Source: Dehalococcoidia bacterium | Lineage (GTDB): Bacteria; Chloroflexota; Dehalococcoidia; Bin125 | Direction: 5' to 3' | NCBI GenBank assembly: GCA_963555985.3 | Contig: OY820591.1 | Location: 608,001 to 672,000, forward strand | Length of the DNA stretch: 64,000 nucleotides | Shown here: piece after piece, positions 25,730-35,852 of the stretch | Numbering within the stretch: the stretch's first letter is position 1 | How the letters are laid out: every line of letters begins with the position of its first letter | Translations under genes and position numbers: made by a program | Notes under the pieces: generated by a model | Database searches by the model: none | Told to the model about the DNA's origin: nothing | The model's input: the letters and a program-made list of their open reading frames with translations, nothing else

Positions 25730-28447
25730 CTACGTCCCAAACCGACGATTCCGCACCGACGGCTCCTCCGACAGCGCGCGCCGCACCTCCGCCACCCACT
25801 CCCCATCCAGACCCAGCGCCGACGTGACCGCTTCGTCCAACTGCTTGCGCACCGGATCATCGTTCATCTGCGGCAGCGCCAGCAGCACATCATCGCAACG
25901 CCAGTCGTAGACGGTCGCCAGCGCGTCTCGCGCGTCGTCTCCGAGTTGGCCGAAGTCCGGTACGCGCAGCGAGCGCAGGGTGTCGAGCGAGAACTGGGGG
26001 TAGGACGGTTTGCGGTTGTCGCGGCCTCCGAGCAGGCTGAGGATGCCGACGGAGGAATTGAAGTAGACGGCCAATGCTTTGGCAGTCGATTCGTTCTTGT
26101 CGTGCGGACGGCACGGTGCCCAACGTGAACCTACAGTCGGTTGATCAAGCCTCACTGCGCATACGCGAGCACCGGGAAGCCACAGCCGCAGAGCCAAGAG
26201 CAGATGGCTACGCTGACTCCAATATCTGTCCGCCAAGCCTTTCTTCGGTGCTTTCGGTTCGATGTAGACGTCAGTCTGTGCGCGCATCGATAGCGTGACA
26301 GTGGTTTTGTGATCCCAGAGCGCACGCCGGCCGGATGCCGTCGGTGTATCGGAGCGTGTATACGCATCCCGTATGCGCTGGCCAGCTGGTCCAACTTGGG
26401 CGATCTCGGACATCGGGATCATCCCGAACGACTTATCCTCGGTCAACGAGCGGTAGGCCCCGATCAGGAAGGGAGAGAAGAAGTTGACCGCGTTCCAGTC
26501 ACCTTGCGCAATCCGCTCCGGCTCCACATTCTGCACGGTGAACTTGCCGGATTTCCCGCTTGCCAGAAGATTGGCGAGATTAAGTGCGGCGATCGGTGTG
26601 CTCGGATTCTCCGCTAGGTTGACTATTCGCGTCTTCGGCTTCGGCTCTTCGGAGTTCCAGCGGCGGCAGACGATGAGCACTTCGCCGATGTTAGTGTTCT
26701 CGGACATGTAGATGCGTTCGGGGTCGTGGGAACTGACGATTGTGTCCAGGTGAAATTGTTCAGCAAGGAATTGGCGCAATCCTTGACCGGAGGGGCCAGT
26801 GGGAATCAGCGATGGCAGAATAAGCGCAAGTGTCCCTGAAGATTCACGCAACAGATCCTCACCAAACACGCAGAAGGCAGTGCTAGATCCAGAAAAGTGA
26901 ACCGCTTTGCGATACTTGTGATCGGCGAACATTGAAGCTTCGCGCTGTTTGAGGCTCAATTCATCCTTCCGCGAGAACTGATCATGCCGCAGGCTGTCGC
27001 GCGTAAACGGCGGATTCATGATCACCAGATCCATCGCCGGCGGTTGTTCCGGCGCTTGCCCGCTGTCTTCCTCGTCTACCTGCGACGACAGTTGCGGCCA
27101 ATCGATCAGCCGCGCCTGTCCCTCCAGGAATTCGAGCGAGCCGAGATAGGGGACGCCGCCGTAGACGCCGAGGTAGGTGCGGTAGACGCGCATCTTGTTG
27201 AACTGGGTCTTGGGCGAGAGCATCCCCAGCGCGCTGGCGGCCATATGCGTGGCGGTGAGGTTGATGTCATAACCCCAGAGCACGTCTTCGACCAGACAGA
27301 GCGCGAGCGCCGCTTCGTCGTCTTCGCCGCTGGGGCCGGCGGCGGTGCGCAGGGCACGGATGCGGTCGGCGGCGGCCATCAGCAGGGTGCCCGTGCCACA
27401 GGCGGGATCGCAGATACGCAGCTTGGCGACGGCGTCGACGTCGGACCAGTCGCAGTCCTGCTCGCGGATTGCCAGCGCCGCCAACAGCGTCGCCGCCGCC
27501 GTAGAGGTATAGAACGATCCGTCGTAGCGGGCGGTGTCGAGCACGCGGTGGAAGACGCGCCCCAGCAGGTCGTGGCGCATCCCGTGCAGGCTGGAGGCGA
27601 TCCGCTCGATCACTTTGGCGAGTTGGTGGATTGTGAGCGAGGTGTCGGGCGATGCGGGCAGGGCGAAGAGCGCCACTCGGGCGGTCTCGAAGACGGGTTT
27701 GTAATCGACTTTGAGGATCGCGCCCCAGGCGTCGGCGAAGCGTTGGGGCGCGCCTGCCGGTTCGGCGGCGCATTCCGCCGCGCTCGGGGGCGGCCACGTT
27801 CCCTGATATCCGCTCGGAGCGTCTGCCGGCAGATGCTCATGCACGCGGTGATGAAACAGCATCGCCATCGCCACGACCAGCATTCCCCGCTTGGCGGCGG
27901 TGAAGTAGCCGTCGTCCTGGGCGGTCGCTTTGCCGCGCGGCAGGTCGAGCTTCTTGGCCAGCGCCTGTCGCACCGGGGTGCTCAAGCCCTGCACGGCGGT
28001 ATCAAGGCCGTCCGACAGGATCTGCGCGGCCTTGTCCGCGTCGGCGACGGAGTTGGGCGCCTGCCGCACGGCCTCCGCCAACTGCTGCGCCGAGCCGCCC
28101 GACCAGTCACTACTTGGCGTAGGCTTGCCGACGCTCTCGGCGGTGCGCAAGAGCCAGCGCAGCTCCGATCCCGCCAGACCGCCCACGGTCGCGCCGGCCG
28201 GATAGCAGACGGCAAAGGCCAGCGTGGTCAAACCCTGTTTGAACCGAGCGTCGGCGTCCTTGATCGCCTGCGCCTGCTTGTCGAAGCCGGTCTCCGCTTC
28301 GAGCACGACGCGCAGCCCGTCCACGTCGGCGACGACATCGAGTCGGCGTTTGCCCTGCTTAACTTCGGCCTTGGCGGGAATGCCGGACTCGGCGAGGAGT
28401 CCGGCGAGTTCGCCGTTGAGCAGGTTTTCGAGGTCGTGTTTGGCCAT
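25730..28447 (-). CDS. Type IIG-like fused restriction-modification protein (nuclease + N6-MTase + TRD)
   Basis: N-terminal RRLDVV..VVLEAE; DPACGTGT; VIMNPPF; long C-terminal specificity region. Confidence 0.8.
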   Translation of the reverse strand: MAKHDLENLLNGELAGLLAESGIPAKAEVKQGKRRLDVVADVDGLRVVLEAETGFDKQAQAIKDADARFKQGLTTLAFAVCYPAGATVGGLAGSELRWLLRTAESVGKPTPSSDWSGGSAQQLAEAVRQAPNSVADADKAAQILSDGLDTAVQGLSTPVRQALAKKLDLPRGKATAQDDGYFTAAKRGMLVVAMAMLFHHRVHEHLPADAPSGYQGTWPPPSAAECAAEPAGAPQRFADAWGAILKVDYKPVFETARVALFALPASPDTSLTIHQLAKVIERIASSLHGMRHDLLGRVFHRVLDTARYDGSFYTSTAAATLLAALAIREQDCDWSDVDAVAKLRICDPACGTGTLLMAAADRIRALRTAAGPSGEDDEAALALCLVEDVLWGYDINLTATHMAASALGMLSPKTQFNKMRVYRTYLGVYGGVPYLGSLEFLEGQARLIDWPQLSSQVDEEDSGQAPEQPPAMDLVIMNPPFTRDSLRHDQFSRKDELSLKQREASMFADHKYRKAVHFSGSSTAFCVFGEDLLRESSGTLALILPSLIPTGPSGQGLRQFLAEQFHLDTIVSSHDPERIYMSENTNIGEVLIVCRRWNSEEPKPKTRIVNLAENPSTPIAALNLANLLASGKSGKFTVQNVEPERIAQGDWNAVNFFSPFLIGAYRSLTEDKSFGMIPMSEIAQVGPAGQRIRDAYTRSDTPTASGRRALWDHKTTVTLSMRAQTDVYIEPKAPKKGLADRYWSQRSHLLLALRLWLPGARVCAVRLDQPTVGSRWAPCRPHDKNESTAKALAVYFNSSVGILSLLGGRDNRKPSYPQFSLDTLRSLRVPDFGQLGDDARDALATVYDWRCDDVLLALPQMNDDPVRKQLDEAVTSALGLDGEWVAEVRRALSEEPSVRNRRFGT

Positions 28448-28467
28448 TGCGCCCTCTCGCGCCACGT

Positions 28468-29388
28468 TCAGACCTCCGCGAACAGCGGCCGCCGCGTGAT
28501 CACCAATTCCGAGATGCGCGCGTGGTGCGTGTTCTTCATCAGCACCTGCACTGCCTGGAAGCCATGCTCACGCGCCAGCGCCATCGTCTCCGGCGCGTAG
28601 TCGTAGGTCATCAGAAAATCGGCGTCGCAGGCGGACAAGAACTCGAACAGCTGCGGATGGTCGAACTCATGGTGCGCGTAGAGGCGGGCGCCGGCCCGCT
28701 TGCCGCCGGCGGTGTAGGGAGGATCCAAAAACAACACTGCGCCGCTCAGCGTCGCAGTGTCCAACGAACGCAGTACGTCCATCCCGTCTCCGGCGCGAAA
28801 CGTGAGTCGATCGGCGTGATCCCAGATTGCGCTCAACCGTCGCGCGAGCGTGTCCGGATACCAGCGCGAGCGCAGTCCTTTGCCGTTCTCACCGGCGCGG
28901 CTGAGCGCCGCTCCCGGCGCGAGAATTCCGCCGCGGCGCACGCGGTTGAGGACGAGCGTGCGAAATCCGCGCTCAAGGGTGTCGGCCGGCTCGCAGCATT
29001 GCAGTTCATGCACCCGCTCGCGCGTTGGCTCGAACGACTGCACCCGCGCGATCAGCTCGGGCCCGTGCTCCAGCGCCGCCTGCCAGAACGCGGCCACATC
29101 CGCATCCAGTTCGACCATCAGCGCTCGTTCCGCGAAGCCCTCCATCACCGCCGTCAGCGAAACCGTGCCGCCGCCCGCAAACGGCTCAAGCAGCAGCGGA
29201 ACCGTCGCCTCACGCGATCCCAGCCAAGCCCGAATATGCGGAATCAACCAAGTCTTGCCGCCCGGATAGCGAAGCGGACTGCGCTGGGGAACCTCCGCCA
29301 CATTGACCGCCGGAATGCTCGAGAACGGCGCATCGCCGTCTGCCCCTGGTTGAGGCAAGGTGGTCTGCTGCGCGAGACGCTCCGCCAT
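28468..29388 (-). CDS. DNA adenine methylase (Dam/D12 family)
   Basis: SPLRYPGGKT, EPFAGGG, FLDPPY. Confidence 0.9.
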   Translation of the reverse strand: MAERLAQQTTLPQPGADGDAPFSSIPAVNVAEVPQRSPLRYPGGKTWLIPHIRAWLGSREATVPLLLEPFAGGGTVSLTAVMEGFAERALMVELDADVAAFWQAALEHGPELIARVQSFEPTRERVHELQCCEPADTLERGFRTLVLNRVRRGGILAPGAALSRAGENGKGLRSRWYPDTLARRLSAIWDHADRLTFRAGDGMDVLRSLDTATLSGAVLFLDPPYTAGGKRAGARLYAHHEFDHPQLFEFLSACDADFLMTYDYAPETMALAREHGFQAVQVLMKNTHHARISELVITRRPLFAEV

Positions 29389-29479
29389 CCTGCGCTCCTG
29401 TTCGCTCCGTCACGAGGCTAACAGGATCAGTCATCTCTAGGAACGATTGTTCATAATGTGTAGCCTGCGGATCGTCGGC

Positions 29480-29593
29480 GACATCGAGTCGGCGTTTGCC
29501 CTGCTTGACTTCGGCTTTGGCGGGAATGCCGGCTTCGCTGAGGAGTGCGGCGAGTTCGCCGTTGAGCAGGTTTTCGAGGTCGTGTTTTGGCAT
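29480..29593 (-). pseudogene. Displaced 5' stub (38 codons) of the type IIG RM gene
   Basis: 34/38 aa identical to the start of 25730-28447; homology stops after RRLDV. Confidence 0.85.
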
Positions 29594-30036
29594 CAGGCTT
29601 GCCCGCCCGGGGTCACGGTCAGTCCCATCGCGATCGCCGCTTCGGCCTGGCGCTGATCCCAGGTGACGAAGGTCAGCGGGTCGCGTCGGCTTGACGAGAG
29701 TGCGCTGGCGACATGGACGGCGTCGGCGCCGGAGAGGTCGTGTTCGAGCACGATGTCACGCGCGTGCCGGGCAATATCTGCGACCAGTTCGACAATGGCC
29801 GCGCCCTCCCAGATCTCCTCGAACTGATCGAGTGCTAGACCGAGGTCGTGTTCGCTCAGCCGCCCATTGCGGTGCGCCTTGACGATGGCGGAGAACGTTT
29901 CGGGATAGGCGAGGCGGCTGGAGAACACTTGATCGGCTTGATGCCATAGCGAAACCGCGAGCTCACTTCCCTCTTCATCTCGGAGCACGAGTTTCGACAG
30001 GGCGCTCGCGTCGAAGTAGCGGAGCTCATCGCTCAT
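29593..30036 (-). CDS. PIN-domain toxin (VapC-like)
   Basis: YFDASALSKL, E, LSGADAVHVASA, FVTWD. Confidence 0.9.
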   Translation of the reverse strand: MSDELRYFDASALSKLVLRDEEGSELAVSLWHQADQVFSSRLAYPETFSAIVKAHRNGRLSEHDLGLALDQFEEIWEGAAIVELVADIARHARDIVLEHDLSGADAVHVASALSSSRRDPLTFVTWDQRQAEAAIAMGLTVTPGGQA

Positions 30037-30257
30037 CGAATACGGCCGAGGTCGCGCAGCAGATCGTCGTTGGTGCCGTGGTAGCGGATCGGGCGCATCT
30101 TATTGGGATCGGCGCGATCCTCTTTCCTCGGCGGCAGGCCCTTGACCAAACCCCGGTCCAGCAGGTCTTGCCAATGCTCGTCGATTTCAACAGTTTCGTC
30201 GTCTTGCGGCGCTGCGTTGTTCGAGTGTTGCTGCGCCGTGGTCTCGTCTTCGCTCAT
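30033..30257 (-). CDS. Putative antitoxin (no obvious DNA-binding domain)
   Basis: Short acidic ORF overlapping toxin start (ATGA). Confidence 0.55.
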   Translation of the reverse strand: MSEDETTAQQHSNNAAPQDDETVEIDEHWQDLLDRGLVKGLPPRKEDRADPNKMRPIRYHGTNDDLLRDLGRIR

Positions 30258-30361
30258 GGCGATCTCCGATCGATCCGTCCTCTTCCCGATCATATCCGTT
30301 TGAACGCGCCGGATTGGTTAGCATGAGCCACACCACGCACACAGACAAAGGCGACCACACC

Positions 30362-32071
30362 ATGACCTACGACCTCGTGATTCGCGGCGGAACCATCGTC
30401 GACGGCTCCGGCGCTCCCCGCTATCAGGCCGACATCGGCGTCTCCGGCGACCGCATCGCCGCGATTGGACGCATCCCCGAGCAGGGCAAGGAAGAGCTCG
30501 ATGCCCACGGTCTGATCGTCTCGCCCGGCTTCATCGACGGGCACACCCACTTCGACGCGCAGATCTCCTGGGACCCGTATGGCACCTCCTCCTGCTACCA
30601 CGGCGTGACCAGCGTGATCATGGGCAACTGCGGGTTCACGCTCGCGCCCTGTCACCCCGACGACCAGGACCTGCTCATGCGCACGCTGGAGGCGGTCGAA
30701 GACATCCCCGCCGACGCCCAGCGCGCCGGGGTCGATTGGACTTGGCAGACCTTCCCCGAGTTCTTGCAGTTCCTCCACGACAAGCCCAAGGGCATCAACT
30801 ACGGCGGCTACGTCGGACACACCGCTCTCCGCACCTACGTGATGCGCGAGCGCGCCTTCACCGACCAGGCCAGCGACGAGGAAATCGCCGAAATGGCCGA
30901 TATCCTCACCGAAGCCGTCTCGCACGGCGCGATGGGCTTCTCCACCACCCGCTCGCCCGCGCACAAGACGCGCGAGGGCTTGCCCGTTCCCTCCCGTCTC
31001 GCCACTTGGGATGAGGTTCGCACGCTGGTGCTGGCGATGGGCAAGATCAATCGCGGTCTGGTCGAGATCAGCGGCGAGCCGACCATGGGCCAGGACCCCA
31101 ACGACCCCAATCACTACGAACGCCGCTTCCGCGACCTCGCGATCGAGTCCGGCCGCCCGATGTTCTTCCCGGCGCTCTCCAGCCGCCGCGCCGACCCCAA
31201 GGCTTGGCGGCGCTTGTTCGACCACGCACAGGAAGCCGCCGACGATGGCGGCCGCATGTACGGCCAGGCCCACTCGCGCGAGCTCTGCACCAACTGGTCC
31301 TGGCGCACGGAGATGCCCTTCGACCGGCTCTCCATGTGGCGCGAACTCCGAGCCAAGCCGCTCGACGAGCAGATGGCGCTGCTCCAAGACCCCGAAATCG
31401 TGGCCCAGCTCGTCCACATCGCCAACACCGAGGAGGAGGACTTCTCCAAGGTCATGCCCGCCCAGGCGCGCAAGCCATCCGACTGGGATTGGGTCTACAT
31501 CCTCGATCATGTGGACGGCACTCCGAACCGGCGGCTCGGAGAAGTCGCGCGCGAGCGCGAGGAAGACCCGGTCAAGACCATGATCGACGTCGGCGTCGAG
31601 CAGAACCTCGAAACCCTCTACATGGTTCCGCTCGCCAACGAACACCAGGACACGGTGCTGGAGATCATGCGCGAGCCGCGCTCGCTGGTCACCTTCTCCG
31701 ACGGTGGCGCCCACGTCTCCCAGATCATGGACTCCTCGCTCCAGACCCACGTGCTCGCGCACTGGGTGCGCAACGCCGGCGAACTCACCCTCGAACAGGG
31801 CGTGAAGCTGCTCACTTGGGATATGGCGACCGCCTGGGAGCTCCCCGACCGCGGTCTGCTCCGGCGCGGCTACAAGGCCGACATGATCATCTTCGACGCC
31901 GACGAGGTGCAGCCCGAGCGTCCGACGGTCGAATACGACCTGCCCGCCGGCCAGCGCCGGCTCGTGCAGAAGGCGAAGGGCTACCACTACAGCATCGTCA
32001 ACGGCGGCGTCACCATGCGCGGCGGCGAACCCACCGGCGTCACCACGGGACAGGTCCTCACCTCGGCCTAG
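30362..32071 (+). CDS. N-acyl-D-amino-acid deacylase family amidohydrolase
   Basis: PGFIDGHTHFD, GVTSVIMGNCG, SDGGAH. Confidence 0.9.
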   Translation: MTYDLVIRGGTIVDGSGAPRYQADIGVSGDRIAAIGRIPEQGKEELDAHGLIVSPGFIDGHTHFDAQISWDPYGTSSCYHGVTSVIMGNCGFTLAPCHPDDQDLLMRTLEAVEDIPADAQRAGVDWTWQTFPEFLQFLHDKPKGINYGGYVGHTALRTYVMRERAFTDQASDEEIAEMADILTEAVSHGAMGFSTTRSPAHKTREGLPVPSRLATWDEVRTLVLAMGKINRGLVEISGEPTMGQDPNDPNHYERRFRDLAIESGRPMFFPALSSRRADPKAWRRLFDHAQEAADDGGRMYGQAHSRELCTNWSWRTEMPFDRLSMWRELRAKPLDEQMALLQDPEIVAQLVHIANTEEEDFSKVMPAQARKPSDWDWVYILDHVDGTPNRRLGEVAREREEDPVKTMIDVGVEQNLETLYMVPLANEHQDTVLEIMREPRSLVTFSDGGAHVSQIMDSSLQTHVLAHWVRNAGELTLEQGVKLLTWDMATAWELPDRGLLRRGYKADMIIFDADEVQPERPTVEYDLPAGQRRLVQKAKGYHYSIVNGGVTMRGGEPTGVTTGQVLTSA

Positions 32072-32086
32072 AACGGACGCAGCGTC

Positions 32087-32785
32087 GTGACGACCGAAGC
32101 GCCGCAGCGAGTCGAGCCCAAAGGTGGCCAGCAGGAGTTGCCGCCGCTCCCTGCAATGATCCGCGTACCGCTGCCCGAAGGCTGTCTACCAGCCACCGGC
32201 TGCGCGGAAACCGAAGCCTGGTTTCAGCGCGTCTACGAGGCCAATCCGGAGTGGCGGATCGAGCTCACGCCCGAAGGCGAGCTGATCTTCAACGAGTACG
32301 CTGGCGGCGATAGCTCCGATATCGCTGTGGAGATCAGTGCGCAGATCAGCAACTGGGTCGTCAACGACGCCGGCGGCGGACGGGTACGGGATTCCAGCGC
32401 CGGCTATTGGGTCACCAATGCCGCTGGCCGCGACGGAGTGCTGATGCCCGATGTCTCGTGGGTCTCATCGCAGCAGTTCTCCGACGTTCCGGCGGAACAG
32501 CGGCGGCGCGCCTGGCATCTGTGCCCGGCTCTCATCGTCGAGATTCGCTCACCCCGGGATTCGCTCCGTGCGCAGCAGCGGCGAATGGAGCATTGGCTGC
32601 GGCTGGGCGCCCAACTCGGCTGGCTGATCGATCCGCGTTCCTGGGATGTGTGGATTTACCGGCCCAATCAGGATCCCGAACGCCGACACCGCCCCGAGAC
32701 GCTCAGCGGCGAGTCCGTCCTCGCTGGCCTGAGCGTGGATTGCACCCGTATCTGGGAGATGGCCGACGACCTCGCCAGCCTCTAA
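32087..32785 (+). CDS. Uma2 family endonuclease
   Basis: IELTPEGEL, MPDVSWV, CPALIVEIRSP, LGWLIDP. Confidence 0.85.
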   Translation: MTTEAPQRVEPKGGQQELPPLPAMIRVPLPEGCLPATGCAETEAWFQRVYEANPEWRIELTPEGELIFNEYAGGDSSDIAVEISAQISNWVVNDAGGGRVRDSSAGYWVTNAAGRDGVLMPDVSWVSSQQFSDVPAEQRRRAWHLCPALIVEIRSPRDSLRAQQRRMEHWLRLGAQLGWLIDPRSWDVWIYRPNQDPERRHRPETLSGESVLAGLSVDCTRIWEMADDLASL

Positions 32786-32799
32786 ACAACGATCATCCC

Positions 32800-33855
32800 G
32801 TGCGCATCCCCAAATTCGGCCTCAACCGCCAAGACGCTTCCTCACCCGCAGCCTTCGCCGAAGATGTGGCGAGAATCGAGTCTCTCGGCTGGGACGCCGC
32901 CTGGCTGCCCGATTCCCAACTCCGTCGCCGCGACACCTACGTCCTCCTCGCCGCCGCCGCCCAAGCGACCGAGACGATCCAGCTCGGCACGCTGCTGGTC
33001 AACCCCGTCACCCGCCATCCTTCCGTCACCGCCTCCTCCATCGCCACGATCGACGAGCTCGCGCCCGGACGGGTCGCGCTCGGCTTCGGCGCCGGCGACA
33101 CCGCCGTCCGTCTGAGCGGATTGCGTCCCGCGCGAGTCGCCGAAATGGAGGACGCGATCGTCCTCATGCGCCGACTCTTGGCCGGTGAGGAGATCGAGGT
33201 CGGCGCCGAGCGCCCCGCTTTCCTGCCCTTCCACCGGCCGGTACCCGTCTGGCTCACCGCCGGCGGACCGCGCACGCTCGAAATGGGCGGCCGCGTCGCC
33301 GACGGTGTCTTCATGCGCGTCGGTACCCACCACACCGCCATCGCCGATACGGTCAGCCGAATCCGGCGCGGCGCGGAGGCTGCCGGCCGAGACCCGCTCT
33401 CGATCCCACTGGGGATCATCTTCCACACCGTCCTCGTGGACGATCCCGACGATGCCCTCCTGATGGCCAAAGCAATGGCCGCCGGCTACTACGAGTACTC
33501 CCCCATGCTCTTCGAACCCTGCGGCCTCAGCTGGGACGGCCCCGACCCTGAACTGCTCAAGCGGCAGCGCGATGTCTGGCCCGACTTCCACCACGATCCC
33601 GACCTGCTCAAGGCCGGGCGAGCGGTCGACTTCCTCAGCGAAGCCCACGCCGACGCCTTCGCCCTGCGCGGCTCCGCCGACCGGATCATTGAACAACTCG
33701 TGCGCGTCCTCACCGACGCCGCCGGCGACGGCATCGAGTTCGAGCACGTCGTCCTCCACCCGATCCCTAACCCACCTGCACCAGACGATGGATACACCGT
33801 CCGCGTCGCACGCGACATTCTGCCCGCCGTCCGCCAATATCTCTCCGAACACTAG
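32800..33855 (+). CDS. LLM-class flavin-dependent oxidoreductase
   Basis: WLPDSQ, NPVTRHPSVTA, GPRTLEMGGRVADG; GTG start at 32800. Confidence 0.88.
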   Translation: MRIPKFGLNRQDASSPAAFAEDVARIESLGWDAAWLPDSQLRRRDTYVLLAAAAQATETIQLGTLLVNPVTRHPSVTASSIATIDELAPGRVALGFGAGDTAVRLSGLRPARVAEMEDAIVLMRRLLAGEEIEVGAERPAFLPFHRPVPVWLTAGGPRTLEMGGRVADGVFMRVGTHHTAIADTVSRIRRGAEAAGRDPLSIPLGIIFHTVLVDDPDDALLMAKAMAAGYYEYSPMLFEPCGLSWDGPDPELLKRQRDVWPDFHHDPDLLKAGRAVDFLSEAHADAFALRGSADRIIEQLVRVLTDAAGDGIEFEHVVLHPIPNPPAPDDGYTVRVARDILPAVRQYLSEH

Positions 33856-33959
33856 TCCAATCCGTGCTATAGTCGGTCATCAGTGCGAGGACGCCCCGGC
33901 AGGAGGAACCGCCAATGTCCGCAAGCCCATGCCCGTCCCAACCATCCCGTAAGCCCCTG

Positions 33960-34130
33960 ACGGGACGGCAAACGCTGAACAAAGCTGAAAGAAACCTGAA
34001 CGGCTGAAATTGCGATCACCCCATAATTTACAGGTAATTCGTTCAGCTAACCGGCTCTCCGTAGCCGAAAGAAAAAACTCCCTGAACAACCTGAACACCG
34101 CCCCGAACAGCCCGCCACTAGCCTGATCCG
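33960..34130 (+). repeat. A/C-rich spacer with phased CTGAA repeats
   Basis: CTGAA at 33975, 33985, 33996; CTCCCTGAACAACCTGAACA at 34078. Confidence 0.55.
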
Positions 34131-34160
34131 CACCAACCTGCGCTCGCATTGGAAGTGATC

Positions 34161-34889
34161 ATGACCGACCAACCCCCCGACCTCAGCAACATCAAGGCGC
34201 TCGCCTGGGACATCGGCGGCACGATCTTCGACTGGCATCACACGATCCGCGATGAGGTCGCATCGATCGCCCAGGCGCAAGGCGTCGAACTCGACGCCGC
34301 GCGGTTCGCCAACCAGTGGCGCTTCACGATGTTCCGGCGGCTGCAACTCGTGCGTCGCGGCGATCTGCCCTGGCTCAACGCCGACCAGCTCCACCGCCGC
34401 GTGCTCGACGAGGTGATGGACGACCATCCGCAACTCAAGCTCGACATGAACGAGCGCGACGAACTCAACCAAGTCTGGCACCGCATGAACGCCTGGCCCG
34501 GCTCGCCGGAGTGCCTGGAGGCGCTGCGCTCGCGCTACAAGGTGACCGTGCTCACCGTCATGTCCTGGGCCATCGCCGTCGATTGCAGCAAGCACAACGG
34601 CATCAGCTGGGACGGCATTCTCTCCTGCGAGTTCCTGGGCCACTACAAGCCCGAACCCGAGGCCTATCAAGCCAGCGCCAGACTGCTCGGCCTCGACATC
34701 TCCGAGGTGATGATGTGCGCCGCCCACAAAGGCGATCTTCAGGCCGCCGCCCGCGCCGGAATGCCCACCGCCTACGTCCCCGTTCCCAGCGAGCGCGGCG
34801 AGGGCAACGATCCGGACATGTCGCCCGATCCGTCCTTCACCGTCAACGCGACCGACTTTCCGGACCTGGCTCGGAAGCTGCTGGCCTGA
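34161..34889 (+). CDS. Haloacid dehalogenase type II-like HAD hydrolase
   Basis: WDIGGTIFDW, YKP, AAHKGDL. Confidence 0.88.
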   Translation: MTDQPPDLSNIKALAWDIGGTIFDWHHTIRDEVASIAQAQGVELDAARFANQWRFTMFRRLQLVRRGDLPWLNADQLHRRVLDEVMDDHPQLKLDMNERDELNQVWHRMNAWPGSPECLEALRSRYKVTVLTVMSWAIAVDCSKHNGISWDGILSCEFLGHYKPEPEAYQASARLLGLDISEVMMCAAHKGDLQAAARAGMPTAYVPVPSERGEGNDPDMSPDPSFTVNATDFPDLARKLLA

Positions 34890-34913
34890 GCCGGACCGAT
34901 TGCGAGATACACC

Positions 34914-35822
34914 ATGGCGAACGCTGAACCCGTCCTGATCGAGGCTGTGATCAACGGCCAAGCCACCAAAGCGTGGAATCCGAACGTCCCCCGCAGCGTC
35001 GCTGAAGTCCGCGACGAGATCCACGCCGTGCTCGACGCCGGAGCCTCCATGGTCCACAACCACCCCGGCGACGGCGCAACCGGTCATAACGGCTACGACT
35101 TCTACGTCGCCGCCTGGACGCCGGTGCTCGAAGCCCGCCCCGGCGCGATCGTCTACCCAACCCTCGGCGGCGGCGCCACCTACCACGATCGCTTCGGCCA
35201 CGTACCTGCGCTCGCCGAAGCCGGTTTGTTGCATGTCGGCCCAATCGACGCCGGCTCCGTCAATCTCGGCGCGATCGGGCCTGACGGATTGCCCGTGCCC
35301 AACGATTTCGTCTACGCCAACTCGTTCGGCTACATCAACTACGAGATGCAAATCTGCCGCGAGTACCAGCTCGCCCCCACCTTCGCCATCTTCGATCCGT
35401 CCTTCCTGCGCTGCGTGCTCGCCTGGTATCGCGCCGGAGAGCTGCCCCAGGGCGCGTGGCTCAAGTTCTACTTCGGCGGCGACCACGGCTACCCCGGCAT
35501 CGGCGGCCCGGACGGTCGCGGTATGCCCATCGGTCTCCCGCCAACCGAGAAGGCGCTCGACGCCTACCTCGAGATGATGCAAGGCTGCGACATCCCTTGG
35601 GGCGTCAGCGCCGTCGGCGGAGATGTGGTCGAATCCGGCATCGCCGAACTCGCCCTCGAACGAGGCGGACACATCCACGTCGGCCTCGAAATGTTCGCCG
35701 CCGAGAGGCAACCCACCAACGTGGAGCTAGTCGCCGAAGTCGTCGAACTGTGCCAGAAGGTCGGCCGGGAACCGCTGAGGTGGGAAGATTGCGCCTCGTA
35801 CCTGGACTTTCCGTCGGCGTAG
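34914..35822 (+). CDS. Beta-keto acid cleavage enzyme (DUF849/BKACE)
   Basis: NPNVP, GASMVHNH, GSVN, GGHIHVGLE. Confidence 0.88.
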   Translation: MANAEPVLIEAVINGQATKAWNPNVPRSVAEVRDEIHAVLDAGASMVHNHPGDGATGHNGYDFYVAAWTPVLEARPGAIVYPTLGGGATYHDRFGHVPALAEAGLLHVGPIDAGSVNLGAIGPDGLPVPNDFVYANSFGYINYEMQICREYQLAPTFAIFDPSFLRCVLAWYRAGELPQGAWLKFYFGGDHGYPGIGGPDGRGMPIGLPPTEKALDAYLEMMQGCDIPWGVSAVGGDVVESGIAELALERGGHIHVGLEMFAAERQPTNVELVAEVVELCQKVGREPLRWEDCASYLDFPSA

Positions 35823-35852
35823 AATCGCGCGAAAGAGAGGACCGACGGTGGT

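Noticed and set aside
26984-28600. 538-aa + strand ORF (likewise 30290-31987, 34047-35711, 51714-53099, 60679-62628, 17957-19237)
   Set aside because: Antisense shadows of well-supported genes in high-GC DNA; no motifs
29210-29593. 127-aa ORF as an independent gene
   Set aside because: Only the first 38 codons are meaningful (RM stub); the rest runs out of frame into the Dam-like gene
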